Source of the DNA: Marsupella aquatica
Taxonomy: Eukaryota; Plantae; Marchantiophyta
Assembly (NCBI GenBank): GCA_973895155.1
Contig: OZ316892.1
Coordinates: 9,094,283 to 9,158,282, forward strand
Direction: 5' to 3'
Length of the DNA stretch: 64,000 bases
Shown here: positions 52,201 through 64,000 of the stretch, one piece after another
Layout of the letters: each line of letters begins with the position of its first letter
Numbering within the stretch: position 1 is the first letter of the stretch
Made by a program: the position numbers and the translations under genes
The notes under the pieces: generated by a model
Databases searched by the model: none
Seen by the model: the letters and a program-made list of their open reading frames with translations, nothing else
Told to the model about the DNA's origin: nothing

Positions 52201-52724
52201 CTGAACGTGGATGGCCTTTGTTGTTTTCGTGATTGTCCCAATCAGAGTCTGCATACCAACAGGTACATGCCACACTCATGGACCTATAAGATAAACTCTT
52301 TGCCCTAGCTACACATCAGATAAGTGCATATTGAGCTAAATCTCTACTACCATCACAAAATCACTAGCACAAGGCACTTACTTGTCCAATCATCCTCCTC
52401 ACCTTTCCATTGCCCTCTGTACCCGTCTCTACCACGCTCTGGGTGTTCATATTCATTCCATCCATCTTCTGCTCCATCATAGTCATCATCATAATTATTA
52501 GGCGTCCCTTGCCAATAACTCTGGCTCCTTCTAGGGTATGGATTATGTGATTTCTCTCTAGCTGCCCACCTACCTGGGACTTGATGAGGGCCCTGTGCAT
52601 CTTGCACAGGTGCATTTTTCTGTGAGCCCCCTGCATCTGGGTCTCCATCCATATCCAATCTTTCCTCTTCACCCCACTCTCCAAGCCCCATGTTTGTCTC
52701 CATGTCATCACCCTCTTCCCCCAT
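49206..52724 (-). pseudogene. CACTA ORF2 (TNP1/TnpA/Ptta-like), multi-exon, last exon split by a MITE
   Basis: Exon ~51367-52020 has PGRGGT repeats and PPPSLELDQWTRLI...KSELMSNARGKVKH...GRGSY. The terminal domain reads FHGKVVPDDHVVV...LPFP...IADAVGSLVLWP. Many small minus-strand GT-AG exons lie between them and were not fully reconstructed. Confidence 0.75.
49462..49800. mobile_element. 339-bp MITE with ~20-bp TIRs and apparent 2-bp AT TSD
   Basis: TIRs CACCCTATTCATTAAAAGTG / CACTTTTAATGAATAGATTG. Removing the element and one AT restores the ORF2 frame (EPVSVHNLLSWEDDSQVCVGTG). Confidence 0.85.
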
Positions 52725-52901
52725 AGCTTTTGCACAACACCCACAACCAAACAGGGAGAATCAGCACACTAAATTCAAAGTATCAATCAATTTCATGCAT
52801 ATCCAACTATCCTAAACATCATTCCAGGCAGCAATTCCCGTTATGTGACTCTGTGCAGGTAGTCATCCTCAACCTCATACTTGTCAATCGCCAGCTGTTG
52901 C

Positions 52902-55900
52902 CTATTGCAAATCATCAACCTCATCATATTCCATTTGCCCAGGTTCATCATATGTCTCTCTCAATGTTAAGGGGATGTAGTCAGTCTCTGCCCGAGTTGG
53001 AAGTACAGTCTCATGACTAGGATGCTCGAATGCAGCATGGTCATCCAAACTGAACTCTACTTTACTTCCATCCATCCGCCTGTTCCGTGCTTGGCTATGG
53101 CATACCACCCTCCAGCCATGTGACTCCTCCACATCTGCAAAGAAAGCCTGTTCAACTTGGCTAGGGAAACAAAAGGCTCAGACCATTCTGGTACTCTGGA
53201 CCTAAAATTGGCCAACAAGAACCCATCATGATCACGCTTCATGGTGGCCCTTGGTCTCTGCCACTCTGATTTCACCCATGATCCCTTCATCAATATCACT
53301 GGGACACTTGTGTTACCATAATTCAACACCCAAATATCGGTCAACTCCCCCACGTAACCCATCTTCATCCACCCCCTCTGTTCTTCAGAGGTTCTCTGCT
53401 CAAACACAGAAATCAAACCACAATCATATGATACACAATGGTCACCCTGCTCATCCCTCACTCGATAATGATTTCCATAAGCTCTCATCCGTTTGTAGGT
53501 CAGAATAGACAATCGTGGTGGCACAGATAGAAGATACAAATCCTTCTCCATATCTGGGTGATGTCTACTATGCTCTCGAATTGTCACCCGAATCCACTGC
53601 TCGAACTGTGGGAAGGGATCCTGCTGCCCAGAGTGTGCAGCTTTTTGCATATCATATTCCCTGCATTATGAGGTACAGGCATAGTTAGGTCTAAACAACA
53701 CATGACAACCTAAGATCACCCTTGGAACAGACAAGAAGCATCACAACAAAGGCAAGTCAATTCAATCACTCACCTCCACCATGGTTGCATAGGCTCTGTG
53801 TTTGCCAGCACATATGAATGAGCCTTGTCTCAAATCGCAACAGGCAGCTGAACAGCACGTCCCACACCTTCAACAACCTCGCCACTCACTCCATCATCTT
53901 CACCAGATTTCCAAACTCTTGTCATAGCTTCACCAGACCCAGCCATGTACTCTGTTAGGAATCCCAACGTCTCATCCTTAATGTACCCCAATGCCATGGA
54001 AGCCTCTGGCCTGTAGTATGTTCTCACATGACCTTTCAACAACTTCATGTATCGCTCCATAGGGTACATCCATCTGGTACTGACTGGCCCATACTGCCCT
54101 AGCTCTTCTACCACATGGATTAGGAGATGAGTCATAACATCAAAGAAAGCAGGGGGGAAGTATATCTCCAAGTCACAGAGGACATAAGCAGCATCCTGCT
54201 TCAACTGCTCCAATCCTTGGGGATCCCACACTTTCACACATATACGGCGAAATACATTGCACAGTCGAAGAATGACATTACGGACTGATTTCTGCATGAG
54301 ACCTCTGAGGCATAGGGGCAGAATGTGCTGCATCAACACATGGTAGTCATGTGTTTTCATACTGCCAAGTTTATTCTTTGTAATATGCTTCTTGAAGGCA
54401 CCAGCATAGCCAGAGGGCACTTTCAGACAGCTCAATCTATACAAGAATGTCTTCCATTCATCCTGTGTGCACACATAGGGAGCTTGGAACTTGAGAAGTA
54501 CATTGGGATTGCTTGCATGGGGCTTCAACCAAAGGTGAGGGCGAATCCCCTTCTGTTGCATATCAGCTCGAACTGCTCCTGTATCTTTCTCACCCGACAA
54601 GAACTTCAGCAAGCTCTCACAAATATTTTTCTCAATGTGCATGACGTCCACATTGTGTTTGCTGGACTCGAATTCCTGCACTCCACAAAGCAAAGAATTC
54701 AACAACAGAAACACTAATTAACCACATAGGAGGATTGTAACCAACATCAATCCACCATTGCTCCAATCTAAAATTGCAATCATACAGGGGCTGGAGGCTA
54801 AGTACATTACCCTCCAGTACTCCAACTCCAAGTCCATCAAGGTCTGTCTTTTCACACCGTGTTTCACCACTGGATCCTCAGGTTCTCGATCAGTGGCACT
54901 TCTCTTGTCCCAATCAGCCTTCCTGGCTGCCCACCTCAGGACTTGCTCTCTGGTGACCCTCTGTGGTGGGCCACGAAGCTCTGTTTTGTTGTTGAAGTGT
55001 GCAATTTGAGACCGTGTGTGCCTGTAAGGATGATCAACAGGCAGATACCTTCTATGCCCCTGAAATTTCATACTGTGCAGGGCATGCGACCACTCACTTG
55101 TCACATTTTTCCCACATGGTGTGCACCCCACATAGCCCTTTGTCACTCATCCAGATATGATGCCATGGCCTGGGTAATCTGCTATATCCAGCAAACAAAT
55201 TGCATGCAGTCTAAAGGGGCTGGGTCGAAGAAGCCCCTTCAGAACATCATGGGTTAACACCCCTTCTATCCACAAAGTCTTCCACTCTTCCACTGCTGGA
55301 GCCAACATGATATCTATGAATTGCTCGGTCACAGAAGCTGGTCTAGGGATTAACAGCACCATCATGACAAAAAACCTCTTTGTAGTCATCCATGGGGGAA
55401 GGTTGTAATTTAGCAGCGTAACCGGCCAACATGAATAACGGTTGTTTTTGTCTCCAAATGGGTTTACTCCATCCAGTGATAGACCAAATCGAAAGTTCCG
55501 CTTCTCTGCAGCAAACTGTGGCCACCTCTCATCAACAAATTTCCAATGGTTGGAATCTCCAATGTGACGTTGCAGGCCATCACTGCTCTTGTTATCAGGA
55601 GTCCATGTCATCAGCTTGGAAATGGCAGGGCATCTAAACAGACGTTGTAGTCTAGGAATGAGAGGAAAATGACGAAGAACCTTGGCAGGGTGTGTACATT
55701 TCCCTACATTCTTGTACCTGTGCTTACCACAATGAGGGCATGTCAATTTATCTGCATGCTCTTTGCGAAAGAGAACACACCCATCAGGGCATGCGTCAAT
55801 AGACACATAGTTCAGCCCAAGGTTAGACATCAATTTCCTAGCCTCGTACATATTTTTTGGAATTGAATTACCATCTGGTAACACATTTCGGCGCAGGAAG

Positions 55901-56601
55901 GTCAACAACTCTGTCACAAATATATTGGGAACATTGTGATTGCCATAGATGTTCAACAACAACACGACAAAACCCAGCTTGGAGCAGTTCGACCCCTCGT
56001 AGATAGGAATGCAAGCTTCTTTGATGTGTTTTGGGCCCCCAAACACCCACTCCCTCTCTGCTGCACCTTCCCCAATGTCAAAGTCAGGTTGAGCTTGGCC
56101 GTCGCCAGTGTGTGGCTGCGGTTCATTGTCCTCTTCTGATTCCACTGTGTCGTAAAAAGCATCAAGGTCTTCAAAAATCTCTTGAACCATTCTTGGGACA
56201 TCCATCCCACCGTCCTCAGTGACTGCCTCTGCATCTCCATCTTGGTCATCCACGTTCTCATGTTGGACCCCAGGACCATCCTCTGCACAGTCTATGTCCT
56301 GCTCTACGTAGTCTCTACGCCTAGCTGTATTAGAATCCACAAAGTCAGCTCTCCACTCTTCATCAGAGGAGTCTTCTTTTGCTGGTACATTCCAAACCCT
56401 CCACCGAGGGTGCCTTTCATGCTGCAGCAGGTGAAGGTGCACAGTGTTCAAACTCAACGACTTGAATCCTTGGCACTGTGTGCATGGGCATCTCATCCTC
56501 CTACTCCTACCTTGGGCGGCCCGGGCTTGTTCACGCATCCACAATTTAGAATCATGATGCCTAATCCTAAATGGGTTGTGAAGAGGCAACCTTGGAGCCA
56601 T
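52902..56601 (-). pseudogene. CACTA transposase TNP2/TnpD (Transposase_21 with DUF4218/DUF4216-like regions), disrupted
   Basis: Motifs CPCTQC, IDACPDGCVLF, LRHFPLIPRLQRLF, LSLDGVNPF, YNLPPW, DYPG, HNVDVMHIEKN, MKTHDYH and RWMYPMERYMK. Introns at ~54676-54810 and ~53661-53773. Premature TGA at 55147 and 53830, and a frameshift at ~53165. Confidence 0.95.
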
Positions 56602-56927
56602 CACTATACACACGCACTCAGCACCCTGTCATTTTATTATGCAAGTGAAAAATACACTTCCTGTTAAGGATTTCACCCCCGACTGTACTTGCCAAAATAC
56701 GTAACGTTCCAAAAAAACAAAAAAACAAAAAATATAGGTGCCTGAGTCATGTACCTATTCTCAAGTGAATGAGACAAAATTCCTAAATTTTTGAGGGTGT
56801 CAACTCCTCCGCTGTCCTCACATGTACTGCCTCTGCACGTACATCCATGACCATATCAGAGTCCAATCATGTATAGTCATAGACACAGGTGCCAGGTGCG
56901 AGACCGGTGTGAGATGTCCTCATCTTA

Positions 56928-57461
56928 CTACCACATCAAATACGGATACCAATCCTGTTGTCGATGCCACTCAGCCCTGAGGTACTCAGGCATGTACATT
57001 AAGTCATCAAGGTCTAAACCCTGCTCATGCCATGGTGGTCTTCGATCCGTGCCTACAAGCAGTGGCAGCAGTGCCCTCCATGGTGCACATGTTGCTACCA
57101 AGTCCCTCCATTGGGTACTAATTAGTCTATATTTGCAGATATCTTGTGCGCCAGACACCACAAGAACCCTCGGCCAGACATGTGTAAGAACTATATCATC
57201 TGCCAAATCAGGCAACAAGGAACCACCTACAGCATCGTGCTTGTCTAACTCATCTGCTGAAAAGTAAATGTCCTCTTCCGATTGTGCATCCTCATTCACC
57301 ACAGCATTCACAACACATCCAAGGTCTGCAGGCATTATCTCGGATGGAGCTACACTCTGTCTGGTTACCAATCCACACAAGTAAGCCCAAGCAGTAGCCA
57401 TGCACGATGCAACCCGTAGGAGGACCCTACATAGGGCCTGACGGTCTGGAAGAGGCAGCAT
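56928..57461 (-). CDS. CACTA cargo: small F-box-like protein
   Basis: SLLPDLADDIVLTHVWPRV...ICKYRLISTQWRDLV fits the F-box consensus LP.LP.di...I..rl......r.vsk.Wr.lv. The frame is open; the start codon is uncertain. Confidence 0.65.
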   Translation of the reverse strand: MLPLPDRQALCRVLLRVASCMATAWAYLCGLVTRQSVAPSEIMPADLGCVVNAVVNEDAQSEEDIYFSADELDKHDAVGGSLLPDLADDIVLTHVWPRVLVVSGAQDICKYRLISTQWRDLVATCAPWRALLPLLVGTDRRPPWHEQGLDLDDLMYMPEYLRAEWHRQQDWYPYLMW

Positions 57462-57637
57462 ACCCACCAAAGTCTTCAGCCAAACAGAGCCCAGCAAGTA
57501 GATTCACAGTCACACCCCACGCAGCAGGAAACAACAATCACTTCAACTGCGACCAACCATGACAAGATGAGTTAGTTCAAGGATCACATTTATTACAAAA
57601 TTGTGTTTTATACAAAAATATGAGGGACTCCTACTCC

Positions 57638-58486
57638 TCACTCTCTCCCACCTTTGCTAAGCATACATCTCCGCTGAATCTTGGAGGGCCAGGCCTCAAA
57701 AATATCAAAGTCCCAAGCATTCTGTCGCTTCCCTCTAGCTGCTGATTCCAGAAGCCAATCAGGGGAAAGCACCCAAAGATTGTTGTTCATGACAAAATCA
57801 CGCACTGTTGTCTTAAAGAATTTTCTGCATATTTTCATGTATGACAGACCTACAACATGAGTGGAGGTTTCTATTAGACTCTCCTCCACTGTCCCACCTA
57901 GCTCAACAACTATAGACTTGTACAGTCTGCACTTAGTCTCCCCAATTCCTTCTTCTGCAAATACCACACTGAACCCCTTCATAATGGTATTTCTCTCCTT
58001 GCCATGCTCATTCAATATAGCATCTGCACGCATAGGATGGTGTCCTATGTTGACAACAGGTCCATATTGGACAGAAGCAAAGTTGGGTTTCTCTGCCGCT
58101 GCTTCATAGGCTTCCTTTTCAGCCAAAGCCTCTGCAGTGGCCTCCTCACTCTCCCACAACTCATATTGCTCAGTACTCTGTACACACCTATGTTTAACAG
58201 AATCGGTCAGCCAAGAGACTTCAACTACTTTTAGACCTTGGTTGGTAATGGCAGAATCAATGAAGGACCATGACCACTTGTTCATCACATCCAGCCATGT
58301 CCCCGCAACAACATGTGTAGTCTGTGGAGTGATGTCCTTGACTTCAGTCCCATGGAACTCTGAGAATCGTTTTTGTACGATTGGCCAACTCACTTGGGTG
58401 AACCCATAGTGGCCAGGAATCAAAATGGCTTTGATTCCAGCCAACAGAGGCGGGTGGTCAACCTTTGTACGTTTCCTAGAGGCCAT
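57638..58486 (-). CDS. CACTA cargo: intronless tandem-BRCT protein (~282 aa)
   Basis: Two repeats: TTHVVA...VVEVSWLTDSV and ELGGTVEESLIETSTHVV...VLSPDWLLES. Basic N-terminus MASRKRTK. ORF is intact. Confidence 0.85.
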   Translation of the reverse strand: MASRKRTKVDHPPLLAGIKAILIPGHYGFTQVSWPIVQKRFSEFHGTEVKDITPQTTHVVAGTWLDVMNKWSWSFIDSAITNQGLKVVEVSWLTDSVKHRCVQSTEQYELWESEEATAEALAEKEAYEAAAEKPNFASVQYGPVVNIGHHPMRADAILNEHGKERNTIMKGFSVVFAEEGIGETKCRLYKSIVVELGGTVEESLIETSTHVVGLSYMKICRKFFKTTVRDFVMNNNLWVLSPDWLLESAARGKRQNAWDFDIFEAWPSKIQRRCMLSKGGRE

Positions 58487-59078
58487 GTACACACGGGCCA
58501 CCTAATCACTGCAGACCGGAAGATAATGCGTTCACCTGATAATCGGAGGGCCCTTAAAATGCTGCGTTTATAACTTGGTCCAGTCCAGTCGTCTGGTGAG
58601 TCTCTGCTCCGATTCCAAACGGGAGAAATATTGGGACAAACGTACTAGACACCTGCAAGCATGCACCTCATAGTTTGAATATGTGCCTTCACAATATTGA
58701 AGGTGACAAGTGCAATTGTTTTGTGATGCCACATACAGATGTTGTAAATGGGCAGACATTCAATGAGAATACAAAATGTTGGTACACTTTAAGGGAATTC
58801 TCGCAAATTAAATAGCCTTGTAACTTATATGCTCATAATGAGAAGTCCTGATTTAATTTAAGCAGTGTCATGTAAGTCGTGATCAAAATGATTGCAGAGT
58901 TAAAAAAGTTCCTAGAAGGCTTAAGGGCAGTTTTTGAAGGCATGTACCCAGGAACAAGTAATGAACTTAGGGTACTTGTTGCCTAAGCATCCTCTCCTAC
59001 AGAGGTCCTTCTTCTCAAAATTGGAATGTCTGCAATCTCCAAGGTATCCACATCAGGTGCACTATGCATGTATATTAT

Positions 59079-59699
59079 TCAGGTTCTAAGCCAAGAAATG
59101 TGATCTCTCATGGGAGTGTGCAAAGTAGGATCTATGGCATGGCGATGACAATAGAAGATCCATCGATCAACACCATGTGCAGAGTGATCATAGATGTGTC
59201 TGTCACAAGCATAGCCTTCTGCTTGACGCTCCTTCAAACAATGAAAGTGCCACATGGTGGGACACCTAACACAGTGGACTATGTCCACCCAGAAATCTTC
59301 ATCGTGCTGACCACATGCCTTGCACTTCTGAAGTGGGCAAGCTGTGGCAAGATCGGGCAAACATGAAAAACAAAAGAACCTCACACAATATCTGTCAGGG
59401 CATTTCCTAACAAGTGGTGGAGCATCAACAGAGCCCTCGTAAGACCCCAACTTCCCACAATGTGCACACTTAGCCTGCTTCTCCAAACAATCAGTGCACA
59501 TCTAGCCTCCCTGGTGTGTTGACGGGAGGCCCACCCCTGGACAGTTGTTTTCTGCAGCAAGGTCAGACTCCGGGTTGAGGTGGAAATGCCTCATGCAAGG
59601 GCCCTCACATATGGCTAAGCCACTACCATCTGGCCCAACTACACCTGTGTTGCTCACCTCTGTCCCCCGCTTCTTGGCTCGGATTTTAGGGCGTGCCAT
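59079..59699 (-). pseudogene. CACTA cargo: stand-alone EDM2-type composite PHD finger protein (~206 aa, one TAG at 59502-59504)
   Basis: CEGPCMRHFH..C..CTDC..CAHCGKLGS..C....C..FF...C..CPLQKCKAC..CVRCPTMWHFHCL..IFYCHRHAIDPTLHTPMRDHI. This parallels the EDM2 PHD region, including its IYC..HEID..L.TP.RDH tail. Confidence 0.8.
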
Positions 59700-60368
59700 G
59701 CCTACGCATGAGACAGATAGTACAATTTAGCAGAGTGCACGGACAATACAATTTAGTGCAGTGTACAAAAAGTACAGTGTAGCATATAGACTAGAGTGGC
59801 AATTGCTACTGCAATGAAATGTTCACACACATGTGCAGAGTAGACATACTTTTTGGTTTGTTGAGCCCACACTAAAAACTGATCCCCTCGTACAATAGCT
59901 CCACCTACACCTCAATTTTGTGGCTATGATTCACCAAAGGAGATCTGCAACAAGATTTAATGCATTTGAATCACATATAACAGTCGTGACATGTAAAACA
60001 GGCATTTTTTGAACAGGATTGGTATCAAGCACTGTGATCAGGGTTGTAATTTATACATCCTAAATAGGCTATGATAGTGAATGAGACAAATAAGTTAGGC
60101 AGAAATCACTTTTTCCAGGTTATCACATGGCCCATTAATTCCAGTCTTTGAAAGGAGACTTTTAAGTGAGCTTGCTAGCCTCTTAAATTAGGATATTGTA
60201 CTTAGTGCAGCCATAATAGGATAAGTTATGTACTGTTGACCCTAAACCCTGGACCCAAAATAGGTCATAATTCAAAATCTTAAGTAAATATCCTCTCTGT
60301 TCAAGTCAAAGTGTTAAGTTATAGGTCAATGGTCTCTGGTTTGTGCATGCGGTGTGACAAGTGGTCCT

Positions 60369-60818
60369 CTAGAGCGTGTGATCCAAACATGTGTAGACAC
60401 CAAAGTGACCGGTGGTGGGGTCTGGGAGGGCAGGACAAGTGACATCGCCAGGCACACTGCAGGATGGCGAGTGGTTCCAGATGATACATTGTGCTCTGTG
60501 AAAAAACCGACATCCAAGAGAACGGTCATCCAACTCTAGGCCAGAAGCCCTACAGGCAGGACAGTCATATTGGCAACTGTGCACACACCCTTGGGCCCTA
60601 ATTTGTGGCGGGTCATGTATGAGAGACAGAAATACCAAGGATGTTGGGAAGGGTGGAGAAGCAGGTACAGGCCGGCTGTAGTTGTTCCTGGCAACAACTG
60701 GGTACTCAAAGTACCATGCAGACTGGGCTGGAAGGATCCCAAGTCTGACATACTCAAGGCGCAACATCTCTGCCTTGCGTGCAAGCCGCACATGTTCAGC
60801 GTTGCGGGTCCTCACCAT
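60369..60818 (-). CDS. CACTA cargo: small Cys/His-rich ORF of unknown function
   Basis: 149-aa ORF starting at ATG (MVRTR...), with CVHSCQYDCPAC and further Cys/His residues. Same strand and spacing as the neighbouring cargo genes; no family recognised. Confidence 0.4.
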   Translation of the reverse strand: MVRTRNAEHVRLARKAEMLRLEYVRLGILPAQSAWYFEYPVVARNNYSRPVPASPPFPTSLVFLSLIHDPPQIRAQGCVHSCQYDCPACRASGLELDDRSLGCRFFHRAQCIIWNHSPSCSVPGDVTCPALPDPTTGHFGVYTCLDHTL

Positions 60819-63800
60819 AAGTGTTGCTTTTGTGGAGATGTCGTGTGTTCACGTCCTCTGATAAGCACCTTCGATCAGCAAGGTGAGCAGGAGCTGTACT
60901 TGCCTCACCAACAGCAACCAACCTTAAATTATCAGTTCCCACTCACTGTGTCATTCCATTGGTTCCAGCTAGGGGTCACAGTGTAAACATAGCATGAAAC
61001 ACTCCTAATCAACTTGCTTACAAACTACAATATCCAGAAAGAGTGAAAGTCTCACCCTCCAGTGAGCAGCAGAGAGGTAGTTCACTAGATGTGTTGATGT
61101 GCAGTTAAACCTCCACTATTGCTTACTTCTGGTGTATGCTGCTCAGAAGAAGACATATTAGTAGCAGCAAATTGCAAATAATGGCCATAAGCAAACCGTG
61201 AGAGTTTGCAGAATGCTACGACAAATCCATCACAGCAGTGCTCCACAGGAATGAAACCAAGCAAAATTTGGTGACCTCGGCCAATGACAAGGCCAATGTA
61301 GTGAACAATCCTTGACCGATCAGGATATGGATTGGAATTACAATTAGTCAGCTCTTCTTCTTTGTTTTCTAACTCTGGGGGAAATGAGCATGACCAGGGA
61401 ATTCTTTGAGAAATAGAAGTGCACAGGGAAAATGAAATTGGCTCATTCAGCTGCGCAAGACCGGCCATTGCAGCAAACTTGGACAGTTGTTCCGCAATAC
61501 ATAAAATACCCTGACTTACATGCAATCGATACAATCTGCTTCTGTTGGCTGTCCTACAGCTCACGGTAGTGCCGTTGGGATAGGGTAAGTGAATATTGCC
61601 ATAGCTGAAGCACATTGAGCTTGCAGCAAGAAGTGAAGGAGCATGGCCAAAAGCAGAAAAGACAGACAGGTTTTACAAGAAGAAACTAACAACCGCCAAT
61701 CTGCTCAAATCCGCTGCATAGATCAAACCCTCCAAACTACATAGCCCTCCTTTGAAAACAATCCAATGTGCTTTGGCTGGTGGATGACAAGGACTGGGAG
61801 AAGAGGAAACGTCTACACAATCAATCCAAATGACGGGACACAGAGACCAGGCACAGAGAGGATTTGTGCTTAGACAAAAACCACAAATTGTAGCATGGGC
61901 GCCATAGCATTGGGCGGCAATGGGAAGAATTACATCAAATGAGTGGACAGAGAATGAACAGTCCGGTTATAGGCAAACAGCGACTGATGCCCTGATGCAA
62001 TGAAACACGCATTGACATAGCGGAGGGACATAAAAACTACATAAGCCAACTTACTGACCTTTTAAGGCCCACAATTTCAAGGGGAGGGACAAAGACAGCA
62101 ATAACAGACGCAGAGACAAAGCTGTACTCTGTCAATTGAGTAGGCAAGTGGGTGGGTGAAGATCAACAACCAATGTAGCAGCGCAACCAGAGTAGCAACA
62201 AAGAAGCAGGTTGCCCTCAGTCTCCTATTTTTCAAGCAGCTCGTGCTCGCGGTCAATCTCCTATTCTGCAAGCAGCTCACACTCGTCCCTCTTGTTCTGC
62301 AAGCAGGTCATTCTTGTCGGCGATGGTGCAAGCTGTCCTCCTAAACTCTGACACTCAAAATGAAAAGACCAAGCACCTCCAATCTGTTTGATCCCTTCCG
62401 CAAGCAGCCGAGCGGCAGACGATAATGTAGGGATCAAGAACCAAGTGCCAGGCGGACATTGCACAAAATGAGGACCGGGGACAGAGACAAAATCTACCGA
62501 AATCTACCAAAATCTACTTCTTGGGGTCCAGCCCACGGATGGACATCATGCAAGGTGGTCAAAAATGGTAAGTGCAATTGTTGGAGAGCTGTACTCGCGA
62601 TTACTAACGGTGCATCCACAAAACGCGTCATCAAGTTGTCAGTGCGGCCACAACAATTTTGACAGTCTCAGGATCACAGGTCCACAAACAAGTTGCAAAT
62701 GAAGACACACAACGTCCAGGAGGGAAAGTCCGCAACACTAACCCTTTGTAAAGCCCCCGAGCTTACCTTCTAGCTGCCGACGCAAAGAGAAAACCTACTT
62801 GGACACTGAAGCAACCCTAAACTCAAAGTCTCACTTTAGCGCAACAACTCCTGGATTGGATTCAGCTAGCTCAGGCTCAATGAAGCATGTCGCCTCGGGC
62901 TCTCCGGATCCTCCCAAGGCAGCAAACAAGTTAGGGTCCACGGTCCTTGTACCTTCACCGCACCGTTGTGTCCTTCCCAATGCCTCCTCTGTAGTTGCGT
63001 CTTGTCTGCAACTCTACAGCTCCCCGTGTTGCTCTGCCGCACTTAGTTATATTCCAACGCCCGATCGTGACCAAAAAGAGTTTTCTCCTGCTGGACAGCA
63101 CTAGGCATTTGTTCAATCTCTTGATCACGCGTAAGCAGCTACAGGTATGAATCACTCAGTTGGCAGCTCAATACGCTTACAGCAAGAGGGCGCAATAGGT
63201 AGAAGCTCGCGCTACCTAGACCAGCACAAGGACAAAGCATTAACATTGAAACTGTACCATGGAGCTGGAGAAAACCACAGAGTAATTGAAGCCTAACAAT
63301 ACCCTTCTTAGCTCCCGACTCCAAACTCTCGGCTCCCAGTTTGCAAGAACAAGCACTATGAAAATATGGATTCCCACATTGACTGTGTCCGCAGAACAGA
63401 TGCAACCCGCATGCAACTTCACCAGCTCAACGGCAGCTTGACAACTGAAGGACCTCCCAATGAGCCTCACGGCCTCCCGATGCTCGTTATGGGTGCAGCA
63501 AAAGGGTCTATACCACAACTGTGACCGAGATTGTCACCCAAAACCTTGAAGAAACCCCAACCTCCGACTCCTCAAACTCTGACAAGCTCCTCACGAACGT
63601 TGCAGCAGCCACAACCTTCTTCGCCCTACCAGCCAAAAACTAAATGTCCCTAAAGGAGATCGAGCAGGAATGCAGGTCTATGAGTAGACTGCAAGCGCAA
63701 GGTTAGATCACTGCAACTGCCTGAACACTGCTCCTCGAGAGCATAAACAAGCACATAACGCGCGGGAAGTTCACTCTGCAATGGTCGCAAAAAGTGGGCA

Positions 63801-64000
63801 ACACTGAAAGGAAAACCCTACGTAAAACCCCGAACACTCCACCCCTCACGTTCTAAGTTCAATGACAATGGCGAAAACTCCAAAGAGACTCCCAAAGTGA
63901 AGTTTAGTGCCTGAAACCGAATTAGGGGAAGCCACTCAGCCTTACCGTTTGAGTGAGCCGTTGAGTGTCACCCAAAGTGGGACAAAGCTACAAAGTGTTA

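Larger units (their letters stand above)
48380..64000 (-). mobile_element. CACTA/EnSpm DNA transposon, >15.6 kb, right end beyond the window
   Basis: Terminus CACTAGTAGAAA at 48380, followed by subterminal repeats. TNP2 and TNP1-like genes lie inside. No matching TTTCTACTAGTG was seen in the window, so inclusion of sequence upstream of TNP2 is inferred. Confidence 0.85.

Noticed and set aside
61085-63518. Further CACTA cargo ORFs (61085-61615, 63240-63518 and others)
   Set aside because: No recognisable motifs or consistent frame. They may be decayed genes or leader exons but cannot be supported.

Overview
Eukaryotic nuclear DNA from a land plant. It is probably a non-seed plant such as a bryophyte, lycophyte or fern; this is inferred from gene content and not proven. 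The window is rich in transposons. Left to right: (i) retroelement relics and a field of hairpin repeats, interrupted by a complete but inactivated Ty1/copia element (3724-10182; 403-bp LTRs, AGAAT target-site duplication); (ii) a six-exon, single-domain euAP2-type transcription factor gene on the minus strand that the ORF track misses (12683-15203); (iii) a ~21-kb tandem-duplicated array with two intact two-exon genes and one probable relic for small secreted Cys-containing proteins with SPH/S-protein-like motifs; (iv) a decayed minus-strand gene unit encoding a ParB/sulfiredoxin-like domain fused to an N6A/N4C DNA-methyltransferase-like domain, followed by an FCP1/NIF-type phosphatase and dotted with a 19-bp palindrome; (v) a CACTA transposon over 15.6 kb long inserted into that unit (left TIR at 48380, right end beyond the window). 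Besides TNP2 and TNP1-like genes, it carries a co-oriented cargo cassette: F-box, tandem BRCT, EDM2-type PHD and a small Cys-rich ORF. Domain calls come from motif recognition by eye; no database searches were run, and repeat-block edges are approximate.
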